From: Sphingomonadales bacterium | GTDB taxonomy: Bacteria; Bacteroidota; Bacteroidia; UBA7662 | Length of the DNA: 64,000 nt | Assembly: GCA_016872215.1 (NCBI GenBank) | Contig: VHAX01000001.1 | Coordinates: forward strand, 54,004 to 118,003 | Direction: 5' to 3' | In this document: piece by piece, positions 9,604-18,679 of the stretch | Layout of the letters: each line of letters begins with the position of its first letter | Numbering within the stretch: the first letter of the stretch is position 1 | The notes under the pieces: model-generated | What the model saw: only the letters and a program-made list of their open reading frames with translations | Database searches by the model: none | What the model was told of the DNA's origin: nothing | Program-made: the position numbers and the translations under genes

Positions 9604-12600
9604 ATGAAAACCAATATACTTTTCTTATCTAATTCGGTACGAGGTCAATATCAAAAATCGGTTGTTCGTCCACTCTTCAGTTCATTCATTGCTCTTACCC
9701 TGATTGCTTTTGGCATCTCCAGCTCAGCTCAGGCCCAGACCGACACCCTCGCAACCTGGGAGTTGACGGGGATCAACACCACAATCCCTCCTTGGGGCCT
9801 TTCTCCGCTTCCCGCGCAGATTGTTTCCCCCGCTGTAACCACGGATGGTTGGACGCGAGGTGCGGGAGTTTTGTTCACCGCTGCCGGACTTTCAACAACG
9901 GGCAGCCCGGCTGGTAATGCATGGGGTGGTAACGGATGGGATGCTTACACCACTGCAGGAGCAAATAACATTGATTCTGCATTGTTCAGGGGCGATTTTG
10001 TGAGCATATCCTTCAATGTTGTTGCCGGTCAAACAGTTAGCTTCTCGAGCATTCCTGCCTACAACATACGCCGCTCAAGTTCTGGCCCGAATACGGGTCA
10101 GTGGCAATTCAGCGTCAATCCGAATGGCACTTTTGTGAATATCGGCAACCCAATTACCTGGGGCACAGTAACTACTGGTACAGGAAACCCTCAAATAGCT
10201 CTTGATCTTTCAACCATTGCAGATCTGCAAAATTTGAGTGGTGGAACTTCAGTCACATTTCGAATTGTTAATACGGGAGCTACTGGCTCTGGAGGCACAT
10301 GGTACCTAAACCAATTGACTGCCGCGGGCAGAGACTTCAGTTTCATGGGCAGTGTTGGTGGTGGCGGAAATCCGACTGTGACCCTGACATTGGGCGCTGT
10401 TACACCAGGTCTCTTCTGCACTATGGCGAGTGGACAGTCGACCGTGTTTGCCAATTATTCCTCCACTGGTACGCTGACCGGACCTGTTGAATTACAATTG
10501 TCGAATGCCCAAGGTTCATTTACAAGCCCTACTGTATTGGGCAATTCACCGGCATCTTTTGGAACGATCACAGCCACCCTACCCTCGGGATTGCCCAACG
10601 GAACAGGCTACATGTTTCGCCTCGTTTCAGGAAGCACTGTAAGTTCACCCTCTTCTTCTGTGCGCATCTACAGCACGCCGCTCGAGGCAACTGCCTTCAC
10701 TGCAACCCCAGGTAACGGAACGGTTACACTCACATGGACCAACCCATCGGATTGCTTCGACCAAGCGCTTGTGGCGGCCGATGCAAACGCCATCAACGGA
10801 GTGCCGTCGGGTAACATTTTCTTATCCAACCCAATATTTGGATCGGGTGCTAACCTGAACAATGGATATGTGGTATTTGCCGCTACGGGCAACAGTATAA
10901 CGGTAACGGGTCTCACGAATGGCACCACTTACCATTTTAAGGTATTCACACAAGGCGGAAACACGTGGAGTTCAGGAATAAGTGTACAGGCCACTCCATT
11001 TACAACAGGCGTACTGCCCATAGTGAACATTTCATCCTTTGTGGGTACGGATTCACTCGGAGCGCTCACGAATTTGGGCAGCCGCTACCGAATCTCTGGT
11101 GTGGTGCATGGCATTAACCAATACAGAAGCACAAGTACCCCACTTGGTGTGCAGTATATAGTTTTAGATCAGAGTGGTGGCATTACAGTTCGTCGCGCCG
11201 GAACTGGTTTCGGCATAAGCGGTCTCGCCCAGGGGGATTCCGTTGTAGCAGAGGGAATTTTGGAGCAGTACAATGGTCTGGCCCAATTGAACATCGATAC
11301 AATGATTCAAATCTCTACCGGAAACGTCCTTCATCCGGCCCAAGTGGTGAACACTGTATCGGAATTAACCGAAAACAAGCGAATCCGCATCAATAATTTG
11401 TATATTCTCTCCGGCAGCTGGCCAGCGACAGGTTCGCCTAATAGCAATCTAATCGTTACTAATGGTACGGATACTATGCAGTTGTTTATTTTGAACCTGA
11501 CCAATATTCCGGGTACCACCCCACCAGCTGGTCTGTTCGATGTAATTGGTTATGGCGGGCAGTATGACGTGAGTAGTCCGTTGACCTCCGGCTATCAGTT
11601 GCAGCCCCATTTTTCTTACGACATCATGCCGGTAACGGTGGCCACCCCCACCCTCAACTTCACCCGGGTCGACACCTTCATTCAAAATGCCTCTACGAGT
11701 CTGCTGATGACCCTAGCCGTACAAAATCCGAGAACAACAGCGCAAAGCGTGAGTTTCACCGTCAACGCCAGTTCGGGTGCTGCCTATGGCACAAACTGGG
11801 AGACCTACCCACCCGTTGTGGGCAACGCCCTTACACTCCCGATTCCTGCCAATGCCACCACTGCCAGTTTCAGCCTGATCCTGTACGGAAACATTCCCGT
11901 GGGTCGCACCGACACGATGCGGTTTACCATCTCCTCGGCAACGGGTGGTTATGTGGCTGGTCCCCTTTCCAGCGCCGCTGTTCGTGTGGGCAATCTGGTT
12001 GCACCAGTATTACCTGAATATTCCATCGGCATCATCCGCGGCAACAATAATGGTGGTGTGGCCGATTCAATCAATGTAAACCTACGCACGAGAGGTATTG
12101 TGTTGGGCCTCAACAAGCGTCCGGCGGGTCTGGAATTCCATATTTTCGACAAGAACAGCAACACGGGCATTGGCGTTTTCCGGAATACGGGCAACCTTGG
12201 TTATACTGTGCGGGAAGGCGACTCAATATTGGTGCAAGGAATTGTGTCCCAATTTAATGGCCTATCGCAGATTACTGTGGATCAGTTGACACTACTCGAC
12301 TCGAACCGTACTCTACCCACTCCTCAGCTGGTGACCGCAATGGGTGAACAAACGGAATCGCGACTGATTCAAATGAACAACCTCACTATGGTTACGCCTT
12401 CCCAATGGCCGACACCAGGTACCACGGGCTCTGGACGTACGGTGCGGGTGACCAATGGTGTCGATTCATTCGATGTCCGAATTGACAATGATGTTAATTT
12501 ATTTGGCACACCTGCACCCACAGGTCCATTCAACATGGTTGGTATTGGCGGACAGTTCAGCACGGTCACACCACGCGTAGGTGGCTTTCAGTTGATGCCC

Positions 12601-13770
12601 CGATACATCGCGGATTTGTTGCCTGCAGTCGTATTCAATACCATTGGTGGCTCTTTGCGCTACGACAACACTGCTCAATCGCCTATAACCAATTCGACTG
12701 TACAGTTGCTATCGGGCACCACCATCATACAGTCGGCTACAACCACGTCGACTGGCTCATTCAATTTTGGAAACTTACCCGACGGCGCCTATAGTATGGT
12801 GGCATCTACAACTAAGCCATGGGGAGGTGTAAATGCCACTGACGCTCTCAATGTGGCCAGACATTTTTCCAACACTCAGTTGCTTTCTGGCCTTCGCCTC
12901 ACCGCAGCTGATGTTAATGGTTCGTCCTCCATCAACTCCACAGATGCTCTGAACATATCAAGGCGCACTGCTGCAGTGATTACCACATTCTCTGTAGGCA
13001 ACTGGTATTTTGAGTCGCCCCAACTGACTGTGAGTGGTGGAACAACTACCACTCAAAACATCAAAGGCATTTGCTTTGGGGATGTCAATGGCAGCTACAA
13101 CCCTGCACTGAGAACACTACCCACGGTTTCACTCATTAATGGCGCCACGACAACCGGTTTGTACACCTCAATCCCGGTAACGGCAGCAGAAGACATAAAA
13201 CTAGGTGCTGTCACCCTAATTATGGACATTCCACAAGGCGTTGAAGTTACTGAAATCGTTCCGGCTGCGCTCATAAGTGGCTCATTTGTGTCTACCATAG
13301 TTAACGGGCAGGTAAGAATTAGTTGGTATTCACTCGATGAAGTGCAGTCATCTGCAGGCGAAGAATTGTTTAGCCTGCGCACCCGTTACAATGGTCAACG
13401 CTCAATCGCTGCATCGGAATGGACAATCGATGCGATTAGTGAACTGGCAGACGGATGGGCCAATCCATATACACGTTCCGTATTGAAAATTGGCGTATTG
13501 GCTGGAGTCGAATCAAACAGTGTTTTATATCCAAATCCCTCGAATGGGGTTGCCAACCTACGTTTTGAATTAACCCAAACAGCGCAAGTTCACATCCGAA
13601 TCATGGACATGTCCGGACGCCAAATCCACAGCATAAACCTAAATCAGTCGACCGGTATCCATTTAGTTGAGATGCCATATCTCGCTACTGGTCAGTATCT
13701 GGTACGCCTAAACATTGAATCGGACAACACATCCAGCAGCGAAGTACACCGTTGGGTTGTGAAGCACTAA
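9604..13770 (+). CDS. Giant T9SS-secreted surface protein (1388 aa) with an FN3-like domain, a dockerin-like Ca-binding module, a cohesin-like module and a C-terminal sorting domain
   Basis: Signal peptide (...IALTLIAFGISSSAQA). FN3-like TATPGNGTVTLTWTNPSD. Dockerin-like GGVNATDALNVARHF...ADVNGSSSINSTDALNISRR (nt ~12820-12965). Cohesin-like LGAVTLIMDIPQGVEVTEIVPA...VNGQVRISWYSLD (nt ~13150-13400). T9SS CTD VLYPNPSNGVANLRFELTQTAQVHIRIMDMSGRQIHS.... Confidence 0.7.
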   Translation: MKTNILFLSNSVRGQYQKSVVRPLFSSFIALTLIAFGISSSAQAQTDTLATWELTGINTTIPPWGLSPLPAQIVSPAVTTDGWTRGAGVLFTAAGLSTTGSPAGNAWGGNGWDAYTTAGANNIDSALFRGDFVSISFNVVAGQTVSFSSIPAYNIRRSSSGPNTGQWQFSVNPNGTFVNIGNPITWGTVTTGTGNPQIALDLSTIADLQNLSGGTSVTFRIVNTGATGSGGTWYLNQLTAAGRDFSFMGSVGGGGNPTVTLTLGAVTPGLFCTMASGQSTVFANYSSTGTLTGPVELQLSNAQGSFTSPTVLGNSPASFGTITATLPSGLPNGTGYMFRLVSGSTVSSPSSSVRIYSTPLEATAFTATPGNGTVTLTWTNPSDCFDQALVAADANAINGVPSGNIFLSNPIFGSGANLNNGYVVFAATGNSITVTGLTNGTTYHFKVFTQGGNTWSSGISVQATPFTTGVLPIVNISSFVGTDSLGALTNLGSRYRISGVVHGINQYRSTSTPLGVQYIVLDQSGGITVRRAGTGFGISGLAQGDSVVAEGILEQYNGLAQLNIDTMIQISTGNVLHPAQVVNTVSELTENKRIRINNLYILSGSWPATGSPNSNLIVTNGTDTMQLFILNLTNIPGTTPPAGLFDVIGYGGQYDVSSPLTSGYQLQPHFSYDIMPVTVATPTLNFTRVDTFIQNASTSLLMTLAVQNPRTTAQSVSFTVNASSGAAYGTNWETYPPVVGNALTLPIPANATTASFSLILYGNIPVGRTDTMRFTISSATGGYVAGPLSSAAVRVGNLVAPVLPEYSIGIIRGNNNGGVADSINVNLRTRGIVLGLNKRPAGLEFHIFDKNSNTGIGVFRNTGNLGYTVREGDSILVQGIVSQFNGLSQITVDQLTLLDSNRTLPTPQLVTAMGEQTESRLIQMNNLTMVTPSQWPTPGTTGSGRTVRVTNGVDSFDVRIDNDVNLFGTPAPTGPFNMVGIGGQFSTVTPRVGGFQLMPRYIADLLPAVVFNTIGGSLRYDNTAQSPITNSTVQLLSGTTIIQSATTTSTGSFNFGNLPDGAYSMVASTTKPWGGVNATDALNVARHFSNTQLLSGLRLTAADVNGSSSINSTDALNISRRTAAVITTFSVGNWYFESPQLTVSGGTTTTQNIKGICFGDVNGSYNPALRTLPTVSLINGATTTGLYTSIPVTAAEDIKLGAVTLIMDIPQGVEVTEIVPAALISGSFVSTIVNGQVRISWYSLDEVQSSAGEELFSLRTRYNGQRSIAASEWTIDAISELADGWANPYTRSVLKIGVLAGVESNSVLYPNPSNGVANLRFELTQTAQVHIRIMDMSGRQIHSINLNQSTGIHLVEMPYLATGQYLVRLNIESDNTSSSEVHRWVVKH

Positions 13771-13874
13771 TCGCACATTCACTGACCCGGTAGAGATACA
13801 TTTGTTTGCGTCTCTACCGATAGGGTTCTTGCCTGCGCATTCATGCAGGAAATAGGATCAAAGTATCAACAAAC

Positions 13875-13905
13875 AAAACCCGCCTTGCGGCGGGTTTTGT
13901 TTTTA
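13875..13905. terminator. Bidirectional rho-independent terminator between the giant gene and tRNA-Leu
   Basis: AACCCGCC-TTGC-GGCGGGTT hairpin with an A-run on the 5' side and a T-run on the 3' side. It is 3' of both the 13770 stop and the tRNA 3' end. Confidence 0.55.
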
Positions 13906-13908
13906 AAC

Positions 13909-13995
13909 TGGTGCCCAGGACTGGACTCGAACCAGCACAGGATAACTCCCACTACCCCCTCAAAGTAGCGTGTCTACCAATTTCACCACCTGGGC
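13909..13995 (-). tRNA. tRNA-Leu (anticodon GAG), class II with a long variable arm
   Basis: The reverse complement GCCCAGGTGGTGAAATTGGTAGACACGCTACTTTGAGGGGGTAGTGGGAGTTATCCTGTGCTGGTTCGAGTCCAGTCCTGGGCACCA has a 7-bp acceptor stem, a D-loop, the anticodon arm CTACT-TTGAGGG-GGTAG (GAG at positions 34-36), a long variable arm, the T-arm GGTTCGAGTCC and an encoded CCA. Confidence 0.8.
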
Positions 13996-14084
13996 TGAGG
14001 CGGGTGCGAAGATACGGAGATTTCAGCACACCTACTTGAATGTAAAACAGAAAGGGGAAAATGCCCAATAAGGATCCTCTTCAA

Positions 14085-15026
14085 TCAGCCAATTTCCTTT
14101 TCTGAAACTGAAGCATCGGAGGTTTCCCCCAAACTGCGTCGGACATAGAGGGCAGAATTCATTTCAAAGCCAATCAGTATTACCCAGGCATTGACGTAGA
14201 TCCACAGCATCAGAACGATCAGGGTAGCCAGTGAACCATACAAATGGTTGTAGTTGCCGAAATGCTGAACGTAATACGAAAAACCTAGAGAGCTGCCAAT
14301 GAACAGCAAGGTGGCCAGAGCTGAACCCATGGCAAAAAAACCATGTCGTTTGGGCGCATTCGGCGCAAAATAATAAAGCAAGCCTATTCCCATATAAACA
14401 AGTAGCACAATCATCATCCAAAGCAGAACATTGAGCAGAAAAGGCAAAAGTCCATGCGGCATCCAACCCAGGCGATTCATCTCTCCAAGCAAAAAATCTC
14501 CCAACAAAATCAATAGTAGCGACGAGAGCATACAAAGGGTAAGTAAAATCGTTAGTCCCAACGTTGTGAGTTGCTGCCGGATGAATCCACGGCTTTCGCG
14601 CACTTCGAGCGAAATATTAAATGACTGACTGAGGGTGGTGAGTCCGGTCGTGGCAAAGTAAAATGCGAGCAGAAAACCAAATGACAAAAGGCCCCCTTGT
14701 TGTCGCCCCACAATATCCTCTATGGTGCTGTACAATAAATCAAAGGCTGGGGGCGGCAGTAGTTCCTGTGAGGTCCGCCGGATTGCCAGATCCAGTCCGG
14801 GTACCGGAATATAGGCGATCAGCGTGAATAAGAAGAGCAGACCAGGGAACAAGGCCAGAAAGAAACTAAATCCAATGGCTGAGGCCCGTAAATTCAAATC
14901 CGACTGTCGCAGTTGTTTCACGAGATATTCCATCAAATCGTATAGGGGAACCGACGGACGATGGCCCACTCGCAAGCGATTAAGTTGCGGCTTCAGGGCA
15001 CCGATTAAACGGTCGGCAACTCGCAT
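14085..15026 (-). CDS. YihY/BrkB-family inner-membrane protein
   Basis: Multi-pass membrane protein with ASAIGFSFFLALFPGLLFLF and LSFGFLLAFYFATTGLTTLSQSFN blocks typical of YihY. Start re-placed at ATG 15026 (MRVADRL) to avoid overlap with the upstream thioesterase gene. Confidence 0.6.
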   Translation of the reverse strand: MRVADRLIGALKPQLNRLRVGHRPSVPLYDLMEYLVKQLRQSDLNLRASAIGFSFFLALFPGLLFLFTLIAYIPVPGLDLAIRRTSQELLPPPAFDLLYSTIEDIVGRQQGGLLSFGFLLAFYFATTGLTTLSQSFNISLEVRESRGFIRQQLTTLGLTILLTLCMLSSLLLILLGDFLLGEMNRLGWMPHGLLPFLLNVLLWMMIVLLVYMGIGLLYYFAPNAPKRHGFFAMGSALATLLFIGSSLGFSYYVQHFGNYNHLYGSLATLIVLMLWIYVNAWVILIGFEMNSALYVRRSLGETSDASVSEKEIG

Positions 15027-15037
15027 AGAGATTTTTT

Positions 15038-15451
15038 TCAATGGGCCGGGAAAAAGGGAGACAATGCCGAAATGAGACGGTCTGGGGCGCGACAAGGTTT
15101 TCCGGATTCTGCTAAAAGGAAAACGAGTACGGTTTGGGCCTCGTGAATGATAGCGCCGCCGGATCTACTAATGGAGTATTCGAAATGAATCCGTGCGCCG
15201 GGAAGCATCGGAATTCGGGTTTCGATGTTTAATTCATCGTCATAAAAAGCCGGTTTCAGATACCGGGCATGAAGATCCAACACAGGCATCCAAATACCCG
15301 AATCTTCAAATTCTGAATAGTGGCAACCCAAAGTCCGAAGCGACTCAACTCGTCCAATTTCATACAATCGTGCATAATTTCCATAGTACATGAACCGCAT
15401 CTGATCTGTATCTGCATAGCACACTCTGTATGAAGTATTGTATTGAAACAT
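15038..15451 (-). CDS. Acyl-CoA thioesterase, YbgC/4HBT hotdog-fold family
   Basis: 137 aa. YRVCYADTDQMRFMYYGNYARLYEIGRVESLR matches the Y.V.Y.DTD..G.V.H..Y..Y.E.AR pattern of YbgC-type thioesterases. Confidence 0.65.
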   Translation of the reverse strand: MFQYNTSYRVCYADTDQMRFMYYGNYARLYEIGRVESLRTLGCHYSEFEDSGIWMPVLDLHARYLKPAFYDDELNIETRIPMLPGARIHFEYSISRSGGAIIHEAQTVLVFLLAESGKPCRAPDRLISALSPFFPAH

Positions 15452-15473
15452 ATTTTCGAATCATTTCATTTTA

Positions 15474-16604
15474 CTATCGATTCATTGCATTAAGTGCCCG
15501 TTGATATGCCCTCGCATTCCTTTGATGCGCCGAAAAATCGGAAGCAAAACTGTGATAGCCCGAGAAATCGGACCGTGCACAAAAATACAGGAAGTTGTGG
15601 CGTTCGGCGCTCAGTGTAGAATCGATGGCCTCAATGGAAGGAGTACAGACTGGTCCGGGTGGCAGACCCGTATATAAATATGTATTGTAGGGCGATTCAA
15701 TGCGCAGAACAGCGCCCTCGATTCGCCGAAGATCATCGTTACCCGAAGCAAAACGCAGGGTCGGGTCGGCCTGTAGGGGCATTCCCATGCGCATGCGGTT
15801 AATGTAGACCCCTGCAATGCGACGAAACTCGGATGGACGGTCACTCTCCTCATCAACGATCGAGGCGAGCGTCATTACTTCCGAAGACGAAAATCCCATT
15901 TTTATTGCCGCTTCTTTTCGGTTCTGACTCCAAAAATCAAGATATCTCTTGTGCATCTGATCCAAGAGTTCATATGCGGAGGTATTCCACAAAAATTCAT
16001 ACTCGCCCGGAATAAAAAGTGTGATCGCCGTTTCCGGCCTGAGGCCCATTTCCGATAAAGTGAGGGTATCCAAAAACAACTGATGAAAATCGGCTGAATC
16101 GGGCTCCAGTTTACTTCCCAAAGCAGCGGCCAAAGAAGCTGCCCGACGGAACTTGCGAATTGTGATTCCAACCGGTGCCTGACGACCCGACTTCAGCAGT
16201 TCCACCAATTCACGATTGCTACGGAGACCACTAAGATCGTATCGACCCGGACGAATCGATTGGCTATAATTCAGCTCCTGAGCAGCCCATTGAAACGCTG
16301 CCAGGTCACGAACAATTCGATTCCGCTCGATCAGATCCAGAAGTTCAATCCACGTACATCCTGTAGGAATTTCCAGAAATACAGGCTTCGACTTGTAGGA
16401 TAGAAAAACATTCACACCATTCAATCGCTTGTATTGGGTTATCCCCTCATACAAACCCCAGGCCAGTAAAAGAAAGAGGAGTATTCCTGCCACCCTAATC
16501 CAGATTCGTTTGAATCCCGCAGAATCTGTTCCTGAACGGTTCGCTTTTTTTCGCGAGGGAGCCTTGGGTCGGCTTAATGTTCTGGACTTAAGTTTCAAGG
16601 ACAT
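15474..16604 (-). CDS. mltG: Endolytic murein transglycosylase MltG (YceG family)
   Basis: N-terminal TM (IWIRVAGILLFLLLAWGL) and the YceG core GVYINRMRMGMPLQADPTLRFA...IESPYNTYLYTGLPPGPVCTPS...YFCARSDFSGYHSFASDFSAHQRN. Start placed at the internal ATG at 16604. Confidence 0.8.
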   Translation of the reverse strand: MSLKLKSRTLSRPKAPSRKKANRSGTDSAGFKRIWIRVAGILLFLLLAWGLYEGITQYKRLNGVNVFLSYKSKPVFLEIPTGCTWIELLDLIERNRIVRDLAAFQWAAQELNYSQSIRPGRYDLSGLRSNRELVELLKSGRQAPVGITIRKFRRAASLAAALGSKLEPDSADFHQLFLDTLTLSEMGLRPETAITLFIPGEYEFLWNTSAYELLDQMHKRYLDFWSQNRKEAAIKMGFSSSEVMTLASIVDEESDRPSEFRRIAGVYINRMRMGMPLQADPTLRFASGNDDLRRIEGAVLRIESPYNTYLYTGLPPGPVCTPSIEAIDSTLSAERHNFLYFCARSDFSGYHSFASDFSAHQRNARAYQRALNAMNR

Positions 16605-16608
16605 TCGA

Positions 16609-18591
16609 TTAGCCTTTAATTTGTAGAGATCTATAGAGCTCTGTAGCCTGGGGGTGACCAGGAAACCTAGCCAGTAAACTCTTGAGCGCGGCAATTGCCT
16701 CAGGTTTTTGTTTTCGGAAGAGCAGCAGGCCAATGAAATTCATGCGTGCGGATAGGTTATCGGGTTCCAGTGAGAGAGCCTTGCGGTACCAGTGCTCCGC
16801 CTTACGATCATCCCCTGCCCTCAAACTTAGGTATCCCAGGTTGGTCATTGCGGGAACGTACGACGGCTGCTCGCGCAATAACTCCTGAAGGTGATCCGTA
16901 CACTTTTGTACCTCTCCCCCATTCAATTCGGCCAGAGCAAATTTCAATCGAAAGTCGAGCTGATAAGGCATAAGCATAACAGCAACAGATAAATATGATT
17001 GTGACAATTCAAGATTCCCATTCTCCAGCAGTAGCTCCCCAAGGCGGTAAGCGCTCCAGGCGTCGAGGCGACCCAGCCAATTTCCGTGACGCGCAGCCAG
17101 CCGAACCGCACCGGGTATATCATGGCGCAGAAAAGTCAAATGGATCGAAGTTATGAGCCACAACAAGCTATCACTGCCAACTTCCATTTGTTTCAACCAA
17201 AATCCCGCTGAATCGAGAAATTCAGGTTGTGGGTCAAAACGTTCAAATTGCTGCAACAAAGCTCTTGCACGGGTGAGCGCATCCGGGTTGGGTTCATTGA
17301 TGCTGGCTAGACCCACAAATCGTCCCCTTGCCACCATAATCGAACGTCCATTTCTAGGATAGACCCTGATTTTATGATCTGTAATGCTAACATGAGGAAT
17401 GTCGCTCGTGCCCGTTTTTTGCATGTGACAAGAAACACAATCGTTATTCCGAACCTTACGCTCTGTCATGGGGGCGCCGCAGTCATCCTGACTGCTGTGA
17501 CAGGATCGACAGGCTGCGCGATAATGGCTGGTCGGCGTCGACTCCACGCTCTTATGAGGATTGTGGCAGCTGATACAACTTAGGATACCCGATGACCGCT
17601 TGTAACATTCCGACTGCATAAGGCGATCGGGGTGCGAAGCCATAGTGAAATGTTCCTCCTCACCTTCATAACGCGGCAGAAAGACACTCAAGACCTCATC
17701 GAGGTGCATTCCGGGCCGAAACGAAGTAAAATCCTTGCCTGGTTTGAGCACTGCGTTGCCCTGCAGATGGCAGCGTTGACAAATACTCATCTGAAGTGAA
17801 ACCGGTATGCGTCGTGGATTCACGATTCGATAATCCGGACTCACCGAGGTATCCACCAAGGTTCCGCTACGAATCCCCTCCACATGAAGGCGACCCGGAC
17901 CATGGCAGCGCTCACAATCGATCCCCGAAGGCACTCGCGCATACTTATGCTCAGAACCAGGCACCTGATCGGGATAGGCATTGTGGCAACTGATGCACTC
18001 CGACAATATAGCGCGACCGAATCGGGCATTGTTGCCGCGCTCAAAGCCGGGCGGCAAATCCCAATAACCCTTTTGCGTGTAGTAGGTCGCCGGCATCTGA
18101 TAGAGGTATCCGCCAATGCTGATCAAATGGCTGTTGGTGTGCTGCCCCGAGCCCACTACATAGCTGATTTGCTCGACACGATTGTGTACTGTATCCCCGC
18201 CCTGCAATCTGAATTCCCGCAAAAAGAGCGATGAATCGATCCGGAATGGGAGGTAGTGAAGATCATTCAGAGAATCGTACACCACATGTTGACCATCCCA
18301 GTCGGCCCGAGAGTGAATAATGTTGGCCGGTCCGAACGAACGACCCATTCCGGTTTGCATAAAACTGGAATAGATGCCGGCATGACAGCTACCGCATACT
18401 TCCTTTCCCACATAACCGGCACTGTCATAAAGATTTAAATAACGTTCGCCTACCTGCCTATCCGCCATCTTTTGGTCGGAAGAAGACACCGGTCCACACC
18501 GCTGCAATACCAACCAGGAAACCGCTAACAAAACCAAGATCTGAATTCGATGGGAACGCACAGCCTTCAGGCAAAACCGAGTCATGGGCAT
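16609..18591 (-). CDS. Secreted multihaem c-type cytochrome (7 CXXCH) fused to a C-terminal TPR domain
   Basis: Signal peptide MPMTRFCLKAVRSHRIQILVLLAVSWLVLQRC. Seven CXXCH motifs (CGSCH, CISCH, CERCH, CQRCH, CISCH, CRSCH, CVSCH) in the first ~420 aa. TPR-like repeats in the last ~230 aa (...AEHWYRKALSLEPDNLSARMNFIGLLLF...). The stop is 5 nt from the mltG start. Confidence 0.75.
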   Translation of the reverse strand: MPMTRFCLKAVRSHRIQILVLLAVSWLVLQRCGPVSSSDQKMADRQVGERYLNLYDSAGYVGKEVCGSCHAGIYSSFMQTGMGRSFGPANIIHSRADWDGQHVVYDSLNDLHYLPFRIDSSLFLREFRLQGGDTVHNRVEQISYVVGSGQHTNSHLISIGGYLYQMPATYYTQKGYWDLPPGFERGNNARFGRAILSECISCHNAYPDQVPGSEHKYARVPSGIDCERCHGPGRLHVEGIRSGTLVDTSVSPDYRIVNPRRIPVSLQMSICQRCHLQGNAVLKPGKDFTSFRPGMHLDEVLSVFLPRYEGEEEHFTMASHPDRLMQSECYKRSSGILSCISCHNPHKSVESTPTSHYRAACRSCHSSQDDCGAPMTERKVRNNDCVSCHMQKTGTSDIPHVSITDHKIRVYPRNGRSIMVARGRFVGLASINEPNPDALTRARALLQQFERFDPQPEFLDSAGFWLKQMEVGSDSLLWLITSIHLTFLRHDIPGAVRLAARHGNWLGRLDAWSAYRLGELLLENGNLELSQSYLSVAVMLMPYQLDFRLKFALAELNGGEVQKCTDHLQELLREQPSYVPAMTNLGYLSLRAGDDRKAEHWYRKALSLEPDNLSARMNFIGLLLFRKQKPEAIAALKSLLARFPGHPQATELYRSLQIKG

Positions 18592-18679
18592 TTTTAGCAA
18601 AACGTCCGAAAAATACACCTTAACGCCCTGAAATTCAAGTTGAGGTTCTATTTTTGCCCCTAAATCGTAACTCACACTT

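Noticed and set aside
13789-13818. A GGTAGAGA...TCTCTACC hairpin directly after the 13770 stop, considered as a terminator
   Set aside because: No T-run follows it. The real terminator appears to be the hairpin plus T-run at 13875-13905.
1094-13908. A genomic island or integrative element inserted at tmRNA or tRNA-Leu
   Set aside because: I found no integrase, excisionase, transposase or att-like direct repeat. The region is kept only as a low-confidence inference in the findings.
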